From Pyrodictium abyssi (lineage in GTDB: Archaea > Thermoproteota > Thermoprotei_A > Sulfolobales > Pyrodictiaceae), in NCBI RefSeq assembly GCF_036323395.1, contig NZ_AP028907.1, forward strand, positions 180,001 to 212,000: a stretch of DNA of 32,000 bases. The letters run 5' to 3'. The position numbers and the translations under genes were made by a program. The notes beneath the pieces were generated by a model. It ran no database searches. It was not told the origin of the DNA and saw only the letters and a list, made by a program, of their open reading frames with translations. Every line of letters starts with the position of its first letter. The stretch's first letter is position 1. Of the stretch, positions 24,439 through 32,000 are shown piece after piece.

Positions 24439-24735
24439 ATGAGACACCCTCTAGACCCGACCAAGGATAAGCTCGATAGTAGTGATGTTGTTGACGCCAT
24501 CCGTCTAGCTATAGTCGCGGAACTCGACGCTATAAGCTTCTACCTCCAAGTCGCCAGGCGTGTAGAAGACGAGGCTGTTAGAAGGGTTTTCGAGGACGTT
24601 GCCAGGGAGGAGAAGACGCATGTGGGAGAGTTCCTCGCTCTACTGAAGCGGCTTGACCCGGAGCAGGCTAGGGAGCTCGAGAAAGGATTCCAGGAAGTGT
24701 CAGAACTCCTAGGCGAAACTGCTGCCAAGGACTAG
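24439..24735 (+). CDS. Ferritin-like domain protein similar to the N-terminal domain of Pyrococcus-type encapsulins
   Basis: AIRLAIVAELDAISFYLQVARRVEDEAVRRVFEDVAREEKTHVGEFLALLKRLDPEQARELEKGFQEVSELLG (EExxH-type signature). Confidence 0.75.
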   Translation: MRHPLDPTKDKLDSSDVVDAIRLAIVAELDAISFYLQVARRVEDEAVRRVFEDVAREEKTHVGEFLALLKRLDPEQARELEKGFQEVSELLGETAAKD

Positions 24736-24971
24736 TCCTAAGGCTTCTGGAGCAGCAGATAGAGCCAGTTCTCCTCGTCGAGCCCGGTGTACACGGTTAT
24801 TTTTTCGCTTTCACACTGATTTTCTTGCAGGGCGTACTATGCTACCCCGGTCGAGCTTGTTCTTGGATTCAGCCGGCTCTATCCTGGCGCGTGACGTGGT
24901 GTCAGCTACCCTCCGGCTTTTATACCCGTGTTAAAGACAGGGGTGTCTCTGGGCTAGTGGGGCTGGATAAT

Positions 24972-25448
24972 ATGGCGCTAGAGCCTGGTGTAGAGGCACC
25001 CTCGTTTGAGGCTACCACGCATACAGGCTCTAGGTTCCGTCTCGACGAGCTCCGAGGGAGGATCGTGGTGCTTTACTTCTACCCTCGTGCCATGACCACC
25101 GGCTGTACGAGAGAAGCTAGGCGCTTCAATGAGCTGCTTGACGAGTTTGAAAAGCTTGGAGCTGTTGTAGTGGGCGTGTCCACGGACCCTCCGGAGAGGA
25201 ACAAGAAGTTCGCGGAGAAGTATAGCCTCCGCTTTACACTTCTCAGCGACACAGAGGGAGAGGTAGCCCGTCTCTACGGCGTGCTACGGCAAGGAACCAG
25301 GAGGCTTAGCGCTGAGCGTGTGACATTCGTCATAGACCGCGACGGTAGGATTGCTGAGGTGATAAAGGGTGTTAGGCCTGCAGAGAAGCACGCAGACCTA
25401 GCCCTTGAAGCAGTAAGGAGGCTTGCAGCCAGCGCGGCCGGGGAGTAG
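24972..25448 (+). CDS. bcp: Peroxiredoxin (Bcp/PrxQ family)
   Basis: APSFEATTHTGSRFRLDELRGRIVVLYFYPRAMTTGCTREARRF...GVSTDPPERNKKFAEKYSLRFTLLSD; ATG 24972 fits the domain start. Confidence 0.92.
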   Translation: MALEPGVEAPSFEATTHTGSRFRLDELRGRIVVLYFYPRAMTTGCTREARRFNELLDEFEKLGAVVVGVSTDPPERNKKFAEKYSLRFTLLSDTEGEVARLYGVLRQGTRRLSAERVTFVIDRDGRIAEVIKGVRPAEKHADLALEAVRRLAASAAGE

Positions 25449-25541
25449 TCCGGCCCCTACTACATTAACCGTGGCTCCGGGAGACTGTTCATTAAAATAG
25501 CAGCAGAGAGGAGCCTAGGCCTGCTAGCGGGCCGGGCGGCG

Positions 25542-26351
25542 TTACTGCTCCTCTCCCTTGTTTTCAGCTGCCTCCTTGGCTTCTTTCTCCTCCTTCTGCT
25601 CTGGCTGTGTCTGCTGCTCCCTGTTCTCTTCCTCCTTGGGTTCTGGGAACTTCATCCTCTCTATGAACTCTATAGCCTTTACCTCATCCTTCATGTACCT
25701 GTACGCTTCTAGTATCACTATACGCTTTACCACTTGGAAGTCGTTTATACCGAATACCTTCTCGCTGAGCTCGACGCGCGCTGTCCCGGTCTCGCCGTCA
25801 TACTGTACCTTCACGTCCTCTGGTGTGAGCGATGGCGGTGTACGCCTTAGTATTAGCTGCTGTATCTTCTCCTCGGGCGTCTTTAGCACCTTTACTACCT
25901 TCACCTTCGCGAGTATCGTCTTGCCTGCTAGCGGGTGGTTGAAGTCTACTACCACCCGGCCGCCGGCGACACTCCTTATGACCGCTAGCTGGTTGTTTAT
26001 CTCCACTATCTTGCCGGGCTCCGGGACGACACCGCTCTTTATGAACTGGTTCTTTGGCAGTATCTTTATCTTCTCGGGGTCACGCTTGCCGAAGGCGTCC
26101 TCCGGCGGTATTTCTATCTCCTTTTCTTCGCCCTCGCTCATCTCCTTTATTGCCTTCTCTAGGCCTGGCAGTAGCCGGCCCTCCCCGACTATGACCAGGC
26201 GCGGCCCGTAGCGGTCCTTGGGGTCGTATATGCCTGCTTTGCGTGCCTCTTCTTCGCTAGTAGTGTCTATGACTTCTCCTGTGTCCTTTACCCGGAGAGT
26301 GTACTCGACTAGCGCAAAGGTGCCCTCCTCTAGCGGCATTGCTGCCTTCAC
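25542..26351 (-). CDS. FKBP-type peptidyl-prolyl isomerase (SlyD-like, long archaeal form)
   Basis: FALVEYTLRVKDTGEVIDTT, LPGLEKAIKEMSEGEEKEIEIPPEDAFG, VDFNHPLAGKTL. Confidence 0.93.
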   Translation of the reverse strand: MKAAMPLEEGTFALVEYTLRVKDTGEVIDTTSEEEARKAGIYDPKDRYGPRLVIVGEGRLLPGLEKAIKEMSEGEEKEIEIPPEDAFGKRDPEKIKILPKNQFIKSGVVPEPGKIVEINNQLAVIRSVAGGRVVVDFNHPLAGKTILAKVKVVKVLKTPEEKIQQLILRRTPPSLTPEDVKVQYDGETGTARVELSEKVFGINDFQVVKRIVILEAYRYMKDEVKAIEFIERMKFPEPKEEENREQQTQPEQKEEKEAKEAAENKGEEQ

Positions 26352-26902
26352 ACCCCGCTCCTAAGGTACCAGCCAGCGTCAATGACGTTCTCGATATAAA
26401 TTCTGTCGTGGCGGCGCCTAGGCCGGCCCCATCCTAGCGGCTCCATCCGCTCATTAAGCACTAGCACCGGGTATCTTCTACAACGCCCCGGAGGCATAGG
26501 GCGGTACGAGGCAATAGACTCGGGCAGCACGTCGCGTCCGTAGAGGAAGAGCCTCTCGCCCTGGGGCTTTACCACTACGTAGCCCTGGCGGGGCCTCAGC
26601 CGGTACCTAGCTATAACCGAGCACATGCCGAGGAAGGGCGTAAGCCTGCCTCTCCTCACCCTGGCCACGTGTATGCCCGCGCTGGCTACACTAGAGCGCA
26701 GCCCCCGGGGCAGCGACAACACGGTCTCGGCTACCGGGCTAGCCATAGCGTAGACGTCTAGCACGCCCCCGGGGCCCGGGCGGCAGACTACCCGGAGCCC
26801 TAGGTCCTCTAGCCTTTTGTCCACGCCGAGGCATTCTAGCAGCCTATCCATCTCCCCCGCGGCTTCTCTGCACTCTGCTAGCTCGTCTTCACCAGCCTGC
26901 AT
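26348..26902 (-). CDS. PUA-domain-like RNA-binding protein (start estimated)
   Basis: IHVARVRRGRLTPFLGMCSVIARYRLRPRQGYVVVKPQGERLFLYGRDVLPESI; paired with NSUN gene. Confidence 0.65.
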   Translation of the reverse strand: MQAGEDELAECREAAGEMDRLLECLGVDKRLEDLGLRVVCRPGPGGVLDVYAMASPVAETVLSLPRGLRSSVASAGIHVARVRRGRLTPFLGMCSVIARYRLRPRQGYVVVKPQGERLFLYGRDVLPESIASYRPMPPGRCRRYPVLVLNERMEPLGWGRPRRRHDRIYIENVIDAGWYLRSGV

Positions 26903-27699
26903 ATCGTGAAGCCCTCCGTGGAATGGCGGTGTGGGAAGAAGCGCTTGCACCTCGACACGGAGGGGTCTAGGTCTAGGCCTATGTACCTGGCCACGCCGGG
27001 GCTCCCCGCCGTATAGCTTGGCTCCTCCACCTCGAAGTCTCCCCTGCTCTCGAGGAGGGTGGATACAACGTACTCGTTCTCCTCCACTGATATACTACAC
27101 GTGGCGTAGACCACGGCGCCCCCGGGCTCCAAGGCGTCAAGGGCTGCGTCAAGCAGTTCTAGCTGAAGCTCTACCCTAGAGAGTATGTCGCCGAAGCTGC
27201 GGGGCCACCGCCCGCGCTGGAAGGGCAGCAAGCCCTCACCACTACACGGGGCATCGAGGAGTATTGAGTCGAAGCGCCCTAGCTCTGGGAGCTGGCGCGC
27301 ATCCATGTGGAGCGCCGCAACATTGAGTACTGCGAGGCGGCTCATATTGTTCTTCAGCGCTAGTAGCTTCCTACGGTTAATGTCAGCAGCTATTATCGGG
27401 GCCGACGGGTTGTGCTGTGCTATCTGGCTAGTCTTCACGCCTGCCCCAGCACACATGTCGGCTATCCTTCTCGCGTCCTCGGGGCTGAGGGCAGGCACAA
27501 CCATCATGGATGCCGGGCCCTGAACTGTGTAGAGCCCCTGCATGTACTCATGCAGAGCTCCTATTGGGTAGGGTGTCTCCTCGACCACCAGCCCATACCA
27601 CAGGTAGGGATGGCGGCGCGTTACTACGCCCTTCTCTGCTAACCGCTCAGTAAGCTCCTCAACTCCAGCGAGGAGCGTGTTAACGCGGATAGTCTTCAT
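26878..27699 (-). CDS. NOL1/NOP2/Sun-family RNA m5C methyltransferase; N-terminus probably extends upstream
   Basis: IADMCAGAGVKTSQIAQ, DSILLDAPCSGEGLL, VYATCSISVEENEYVV. Confidence 0.92.
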   Translation of the reverse strand: MKTIRVNTLLAGVEELTERLAEKGVVTRRHPYLWYGLVVEETPYPIGALHEYMQGLYTVQGPASMMVVPALSPEDARRIADMCAGAGVKTSQIAQHNPSAPIIAADINRRKLLALKNNMSRLAVLNVAALHMDARQLPELGRFDSILLDAPCSGEGLLPFQRGRWPRSFGDILSRVELQLELLDAALDALEPGGAVVYATCSISVEENEYVVSTLLESRGDFEVEEPSYTAGSPGVARYIGLDLDPSVSRCKRFFPHRHSTEGFTICRLVKTS

Positions 27700-28004
27700 T
27701 ACCGATTCCTCGCTTGCTCCTAGAAGCTGTTCTGCCTCGTCGCCGAGCAGAGCGAGGTATCGTAGAGCCTGGTGGACGTGGATGAAGCTATAACGTGCTA
27801 CCAGCAGCTTCGCCCTGGCTAGTAGCTCCTCGTCTTGCTCTAGACCCTCCAGTTGCTCCCTCAGCGCCTCTACCGCCTTGCGATAGACTGTTTTCCTCCT
27901 AGACAGGTTTGAGGCACCCCCAGAGGCCTAGGCATGGGACTCCCCGCTGTGTAGCCGCCATGGTGGCCGAGCAGCGCCCGGCGGCACGGAGGTAGAGGCC
28001 AGCC

Positions 28005-28523
28005 ATGAGGCGCGGTGTCTTCGTGGGCCGTTTCCAGCCTCCACACTGGGGCCACATAGAGGTTATAAAGTGGTGCCTAGACCGCGTAGACGAGCTCATA
28101 ATCGTCGTTGGCTCTGCCCAGGAGAGCCACACAATCAAGAACCCGTTCACGGCTGGCGAGCGGATAGAGATGCTCCTGCTAGGCCTAAGGGACGCGGGCG
28201 TAGACACGTCACGGATAATGATAGTACCCATACCCGACATCGCTATGAACTATGTGTGGCCGCGGTACCTCGAGATGCTTCTCCCGCGCTTCGAGGTAGT
28301 ATTCTCGAGGAACCCACTGGTGACCAGGCTCTTCACAGAGTACGGCTACCGCGTAGAGGCGCCGCCGGCTTTTAGCCGGGGCGAGTACAGCGCGACAAGG
28401 ATACGCACCCTCATACTCCGCGGCGACGAGTCCTGGAAGAGGCTGGTACCCCCGAGCGTCGCCCGGTTCATTGAAGAGATTAAAGGCGTTGAAAGACTCA
28501 TAGCCATCTCCAGGAGGGACTAG
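28005..28523 (+). CDS. nadM: Nicotinamide-nucleotide adenylyltransferase (archaeal NadM)
   Basis: GVFVGRFQPPHWGHIEVIKWCL, SAQESHTIKNPFTAGERIEM, FSRGEYSATRIR. Confidence 0.95.
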   Translation: MRRGVFVGRFQPPHWGHIEVIKWCLDRVDELIIVVGSAQESHTIKNPFTAGERIEMLLLGLRDAGVDTSRIMIVPIPDIAMNYVWPRYLEMLLPRFEVVFSRNPLVTRLFTEYGYRVEAPPAFSRGEYSATRIRTLILRGDESWKRLVPPSVARFIEEIKGVERLIAISRRD

Positions 28524-28530
28524 AGGAGCC

Positions 28531-29616
28531 TTGGAGCCGCTAGTCATAGACGGAAGCTTCGGCGAGGGTGGAGGCCAGATACTGAGGACCACACTGGCCC
28601 TCTCAGCCCTACTCGGCCGCCCCGTGAAGATAGTGAATATTAGGGCTAAGAGGCCCCGGCCGGGGCTCCAGCGCCAGCACCTCACATCCGTCAGAGCCGT
28701 GGCCGAGGTAGCTGGCGCGCGGGTCGACGGCCTCCGGCTAGGCTCCACCGAGATAACGTTCTGGCCAGGGAGGCTGCGGAGCGGGCGCTTCCGCTTCGAC
28801 ATAGGCACAGCTGGCAGCATAACCCTGGTACTGCAGGCCGTGCTGCCCGTCCTAGTCTACGCCCCGGGCCGCGTCGAAGTCGAGATAAGGGGCGGGACCG
28901 ACGTGCCCTGGAGCCCGCCGATAGACTACGTGAGGTTCGTACTGTCTAGGCTCCTCGAGCGTATGGGCTACGTGTTCCGCGTCACGCTGAGGAGGCGCGG
29001 GCACTATCCCCGGGGCGGCGGCGTGGTCGTGGTGGAGGTACCCCAGCCTCCGGGCCAGCTCGAGCCCGTCAGGCTAGACACTGCTGGGCCCGTGAAGGCG
29101 TTCGAGGGGCTAAGCCACGCCGTCCGGCTCCCCCGCCACGTCGCCGAGAGGCAGGCCAGGGCAGCCAAGGAGCTTATCGAGGCCAAGTACCCCGGGCTAC
29201 CGGTCGAGATAGAGACCGAGTGGTACGAGCCCGGGCGAGACCCGCACCTGGGCCCCGGCAGCGGCATAGTAGTGTGGGCCTTCACCGGGAATAGTGTCCT
29301 CGGCGGCGACTCGATAGGCGCCAAGGGCAAGCCCGCTGAGAAGGTCGGCCGCGAGGCTGCCGAGAAGCTGCTCGAGGACCTGGCTACCGGGAAGGCTCTG
29401 GACAGGCACGCCTCCGATATGCTGATACCCTACGCCGCGCTCGCATGCGGCGAGTCGCTGCTAGGCGGCGCAAAGCTGACCATGCACGCGTGGACAAACA
29501 TAGAGATAGTCAAGCGCATACTACCAGAAGCCCGGATGGAGTTCGTCGAGGGCGGCGAGATAGGGGAACCCTTCGCCCTAAGAGTGCAGGGCGTGTGCCA
29601 CAGGGCGGGTCGCTAG
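28531..29616 (+). CDS. rtcA: RNA 3'-terminal phosphate cyclase
   Basis: IDGSFGEGGGQILRTTLALSALLGRPVKIVNIRAKRPRPGLQRQHLTSVRA. Confidence 0.93.
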   Translation: MEPLVIDGSFGEGGGQILRTTLALSALLGRPVKIVNIRAKRPRPGLQRQHLTSVRAVAEVAGARVDGLRLGSTEITFWPGRLRSGRFRFDIGTAGSITLVLQAVLPVLVYAPGRVEVEIRGGTDVPWSPPIDYVRFVLSRLLERMGYVFRVTLRRRGHYPRGGGVVVVEVPQPPGQLEPVRLDTAGPVKAFEGLSHAVRLPRHVAERQARAAKELIEAKYPGLPVEIETEWYEPGRDPHLGPGSGIVVWAFTGNSVLGGDSIGAKGKPAEKVGREAAEKLLEDLATGKALDRHASDMLIPYAALACGESLLGGAKLTMHAWTNIEIVKRILPEARMEFVEGGEIGEPFALRVQGVCHRAGR

Positions 29617-30914
29617 CCACCGAAAAGCCATGGGGTCTTTACGCGTAGACACTGGTAGACCGTGTCGAGTAGCCTGTCTACCCCCTCCCCCGTAAGGGCT
29701 GAGATGAGCAGCGGCTCGCTGGCGCATAGGTCTGTTTTGCTCGTGCCTGCTAGTGCCTCGTTAACAGCTTCTACAGCGCGTTCGACACGCTCCCGGGGTG
29801 TTATGTCTACCTTGTTCACTGCTACTATGAGGCCTGCACCACGGTTTGCTATTATCCCCGTGTATACGTCTTTGAGCAGTCTCATCTGGTGCTCAATGTC
29901 CTGCACCATTTCCGGCGACGGGTCCACTAGGAACAGTACTACATCAGGAAGCGACTGCAGCGCCGCGAAGGCTTTACGCTCTATCTCGTTGTGCTGCTCC
30001 AAAGGCCTCTCGAGTATACCAGGAGTATCGACCATGTAGAACGCTACGTCTCTCACCTTCGTCTTGCCTACTATAACCGTCTTTGTCGTGAAGGGGTATG
30101 ACGCCACCTCTGGCTCCGCTGTGGACGCCCTACGCACGAGCGTGGACTTACCGGTACTAGGTATGCCGGCCACGACCACTATCGGCAGCCCTTCGGACAC
30201 TATGTGCGTCTGGAGCAGCTCTCTACGCACACGGTCCAACAGTTCAAGCCGTTTGCGAAGCCTACGCACCACGGATAGTATACGGCCGCTCCCTTCCTTA
30301 CGCAGTCTAGCAGCCTCGCGCGCATCGGCAGCCGATACTATTAGGAGACGGTACTGGTTCCAGAACTCCTTTATCAGGCGAAGCGACCGGCGTATAGCAC
30401 GGAGAGCCTCGTCGTACTCTTCCCCAACGAAGCCCAGTACTAGGGCTCGGTGGAACTCGCTCATCTCACGGGTGGACGGCAAGCGCGCTACACGGAGGAG
30501 CCTCGAGTAGGAGACGTTGAACACTACTTCTAGCCTCTTAAGCTCGAACTCTATTCGGCCGGGCAGGCCGCGGCGCCGCGGCCTAACCTTACGGTACCGC
30601 TCCCCTACAACCCTGACTATTTCCTCGGAGCTGTAGACGTGTGTCTCCTTAAGCCTCTTAACGGTCTCAGCGAGCTTGAGCATTTCCCGGTGCCGCCGGA
30701 GCCACGGCAGCTCCTCATGCTGTACTGCCATTAACGCCCCCACAGCTCCAACAGAAGCCACGACCCCCCTTATCAAGAACACCTCCGTGAACCGGGCTGC
30801 AGAGTGTATCCTATGGAGGAGCTGGGGCAAGTAGCGACGACTACGCATAGGAGTGCGAATGCGAGAAGAGAGCACAGAGGTACCAGAGGAGACTCGTGGA
30901 GCTTCGCACAGCAT
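29613..30914 (-). CDS. Nog1/Obg-type GTPase; start may be internal
   Basis: VVVAGIPSTGKSTLVR, DTPGILERPLEQHNEIERKAF, VVLFLVDPS, VNKVDI. Confidence 0.9.
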   Translation of the reverse strand: MLCEAPRVSSGTSVLSSRIRTPMRSRRYLPQLLHRIHSAARFTEVFLIRGVVASVGAVGALMAVQHEELPWLRRHREMLKLAETVKRLKETHVYSSEEIVRVVGERYRKVRPRRRGLPGRIEFELKRLEVVFNVSYSRLLRVARLPSTREMSEFHRALVLGFVGEEYDEALRAIRRSLRLIKEFWNQYRLLIVSAADAREAARLRKEGSGRILSVVRRLRKRLELLDRVRRELLQTHIVSEGLPIVVVAGIPSTGKSTLVRRASTAEPEVASYPFTTKTVIVGKTKVRDVAFYMVDTPGILERPLEQHNEIERKAFAALQSLPDVVLFLVDPSPEMVQDIEHQMRLLKDVYTGIIANRGAGLIVAVNKVDITPRERVERAVEAVNEALAGTSKTDLCASEPLLISALTGEGVDRLLDTVYQCLRVKTPWLFGG

Positions 30915-30961
30915 CCGGTGGCTGGGGGCATAGGCCTGGTAAGATCCCCAGGGGCCGCGGG

Positions 30962-32000
30962 CTACTCTACCTTGGGGAGGTAGCTTAGGTCTATCTTCTC
31001 GGGCTCAGCGTCGCGCAGCTGGCCCTCCAGGTAGTCCTGGTAGCCCTTGAGGTCTAGCAGGCCGTGCCCGCTTAGGTTGAAGAGTATCGTTATCCTCTCG
31101 CCGCGCTTCTTAGCCTCCAGCGCCACGTCGATAGCAGCCTTGACTGCGTGGGCACTCTCCGGAGCCGGTATGATGCCCTCTGTGCGGGCGAAGAACACCG
31201 CGGCCTCGAACACCTCAGTCTGCTTGTAGGCCACTGGCTCGACAATGCCGTGGTTTACTAGTATGCTGAGAGTCGGGGCTACGCCATGGTATCGGAGCCC
31301 ACCCGCGTGTATCGGTGGTGGCACGAACCGGTGGCCTATCGTGTGCATCTTGAGGAGAGGCGTCATGCCGGCAGTGTCGCCGAAGTCGTAGCGGTACTCG
31401 CCGCGCGTCATGCTCGGCGCTGCGCGCGGCTCCACGGCTATGAAGCGTGCCTCCGTCTTGCCGCGAAGCCTATCATAGATGAACGGGTAGGCGAGGCCAG
31501 CGTAGTTGCTACCACCGCCTACAGCGCCTATGACTACGTCGGGGTACTCGCCTAGGGCTTCTAGCTGCCGCTTAGCTTCAAGCCCTATCACGGTCTGGTG
31601 AAGGAGCACGTGGTTCAGCACACTGCCCAGACTGTACTTGGTGTCGGGATTCTTCAGGGCGTCCTCTATGGCCTCGCTTATCGCTATGCCTAGGCTACCA
31701 GGGTTGTCCGGGTCCTTCTCGAGTATCTTCCTACCAGCCTCGGTGTACGGGCTAGGACTCGGCACCACCTCCGCCCCATAGGTCTGCATGACTATGCGCC
31801 GGTAGGGCTTCTGCTCGTAGCTGATCCGGACCATGTATACCCGGACCTTGAGCCCGAACATAGCGCCCGCTAGGGCTAGCGCCGAGCCCCACTGGCCCGC
31901 GCCAGTCTCGGTGGTAAGCCTCTTAGTGCCCTCGAGGCGGTTATAGTAGGCCTGCGCCAGCGCCGTGTTTATCTTATGGCTACCCGTGGGCAACACACCC
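30962..32000 (-). CDS. trpB2: Tryptophan synthase beta-like protein (TrpB2), N-terminus outside the window
   Basis: [55 protein letters not shown]. Confidence 0.92.
   Translation of the reverse strand, partial: GVLPTGSHKINTALAQAYYNRLEGTKRLTTETGAGQWGSALALAGAMFGLKVRVYMVRISYEQKPYRRIVMQTYGAEVVPSPSPYTEAGRKILEKDPDNPGSLGIAISEAIEDALKNPDTKYSLGSVLNHVLLHQTVIGLEAKRQLEALGEYPDVVIGAVGGGSNYAGLAYPFIYDRLRGKTEARFIAVEPRAAPSMTRGEYRYDFGDTAGMTPLLKMHTIGHRFVPPPIHAGGLRYHGVAPTLSILVNHGIVEPVAYKQTEVFEAAVFFARTEGIIPAPESAHAVKAAIDVALEAKKRGERITILFNLSGHGLLDLKGYQDYLEGQLRDAEPEKIDLSYLPKVE

Noticed and set aside
24699-24719. TGTCAGAactcctaggcGAAAC outside the element as another repeat copy
   Set aside because: It mixes one arm of each family at wrong spacing and encodes a conserved part of the ferritin-like domain; likely coincidence.

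Overview
Hyperthermophilic crenarchaeal chromosome, most like the Pyrodictiaceae/Desulfurococcales from gene content and protein style (inference). Three parts. (1) About 1-8.8 kb: a mostly minus-strand translation/secretion cluster (L10, L1, L11, Spt5, SecE, FtsY, prefoldin alpha, L18a/LX, aIF6, L31e, L39e, PDCD5-like, S19e, YhbY-like, RNase P Rpr2-like), then Nep1 and a membrane protein. (2) About 8.88-23.45 kb: a ~14.5 kb element integrated in tRNA-Glu(CTC), bounded by a 56-bp direct repeat (8878-8933 = 23391-23446). It carries an intact candidate tyrosine recombinase, a P-loop ATPase, AbrB-like and RHH regulators, several unknown proteins, and a plus-strand run of secreted or membrane proteins including a GH99/WbsX-like protein. 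(3) About 23.45-32 kb: ordinary chromosomal genes (ferritin-like, peroxiredoxin, FKBP PPIase, PUA-like, NSUN methyltransferase, NadM, RtcA, Nog1-like GTPase, TrpB2). The most notable signal is a dispersed family of short palindromes found only inside the element. One type is 27-28 bp, consensus GTTTCNCC-N12-GGNGAAAC, about 17 copies. The other is 21 bp, TGTCAGA-N7-TCTGACA, about 8 copies. They are joined with exactly one spacer nucleotide at four loci. Copies often abut stop codons and several are embedded in reading frames. Homology calls are from reading the sequences only; no database search was run.
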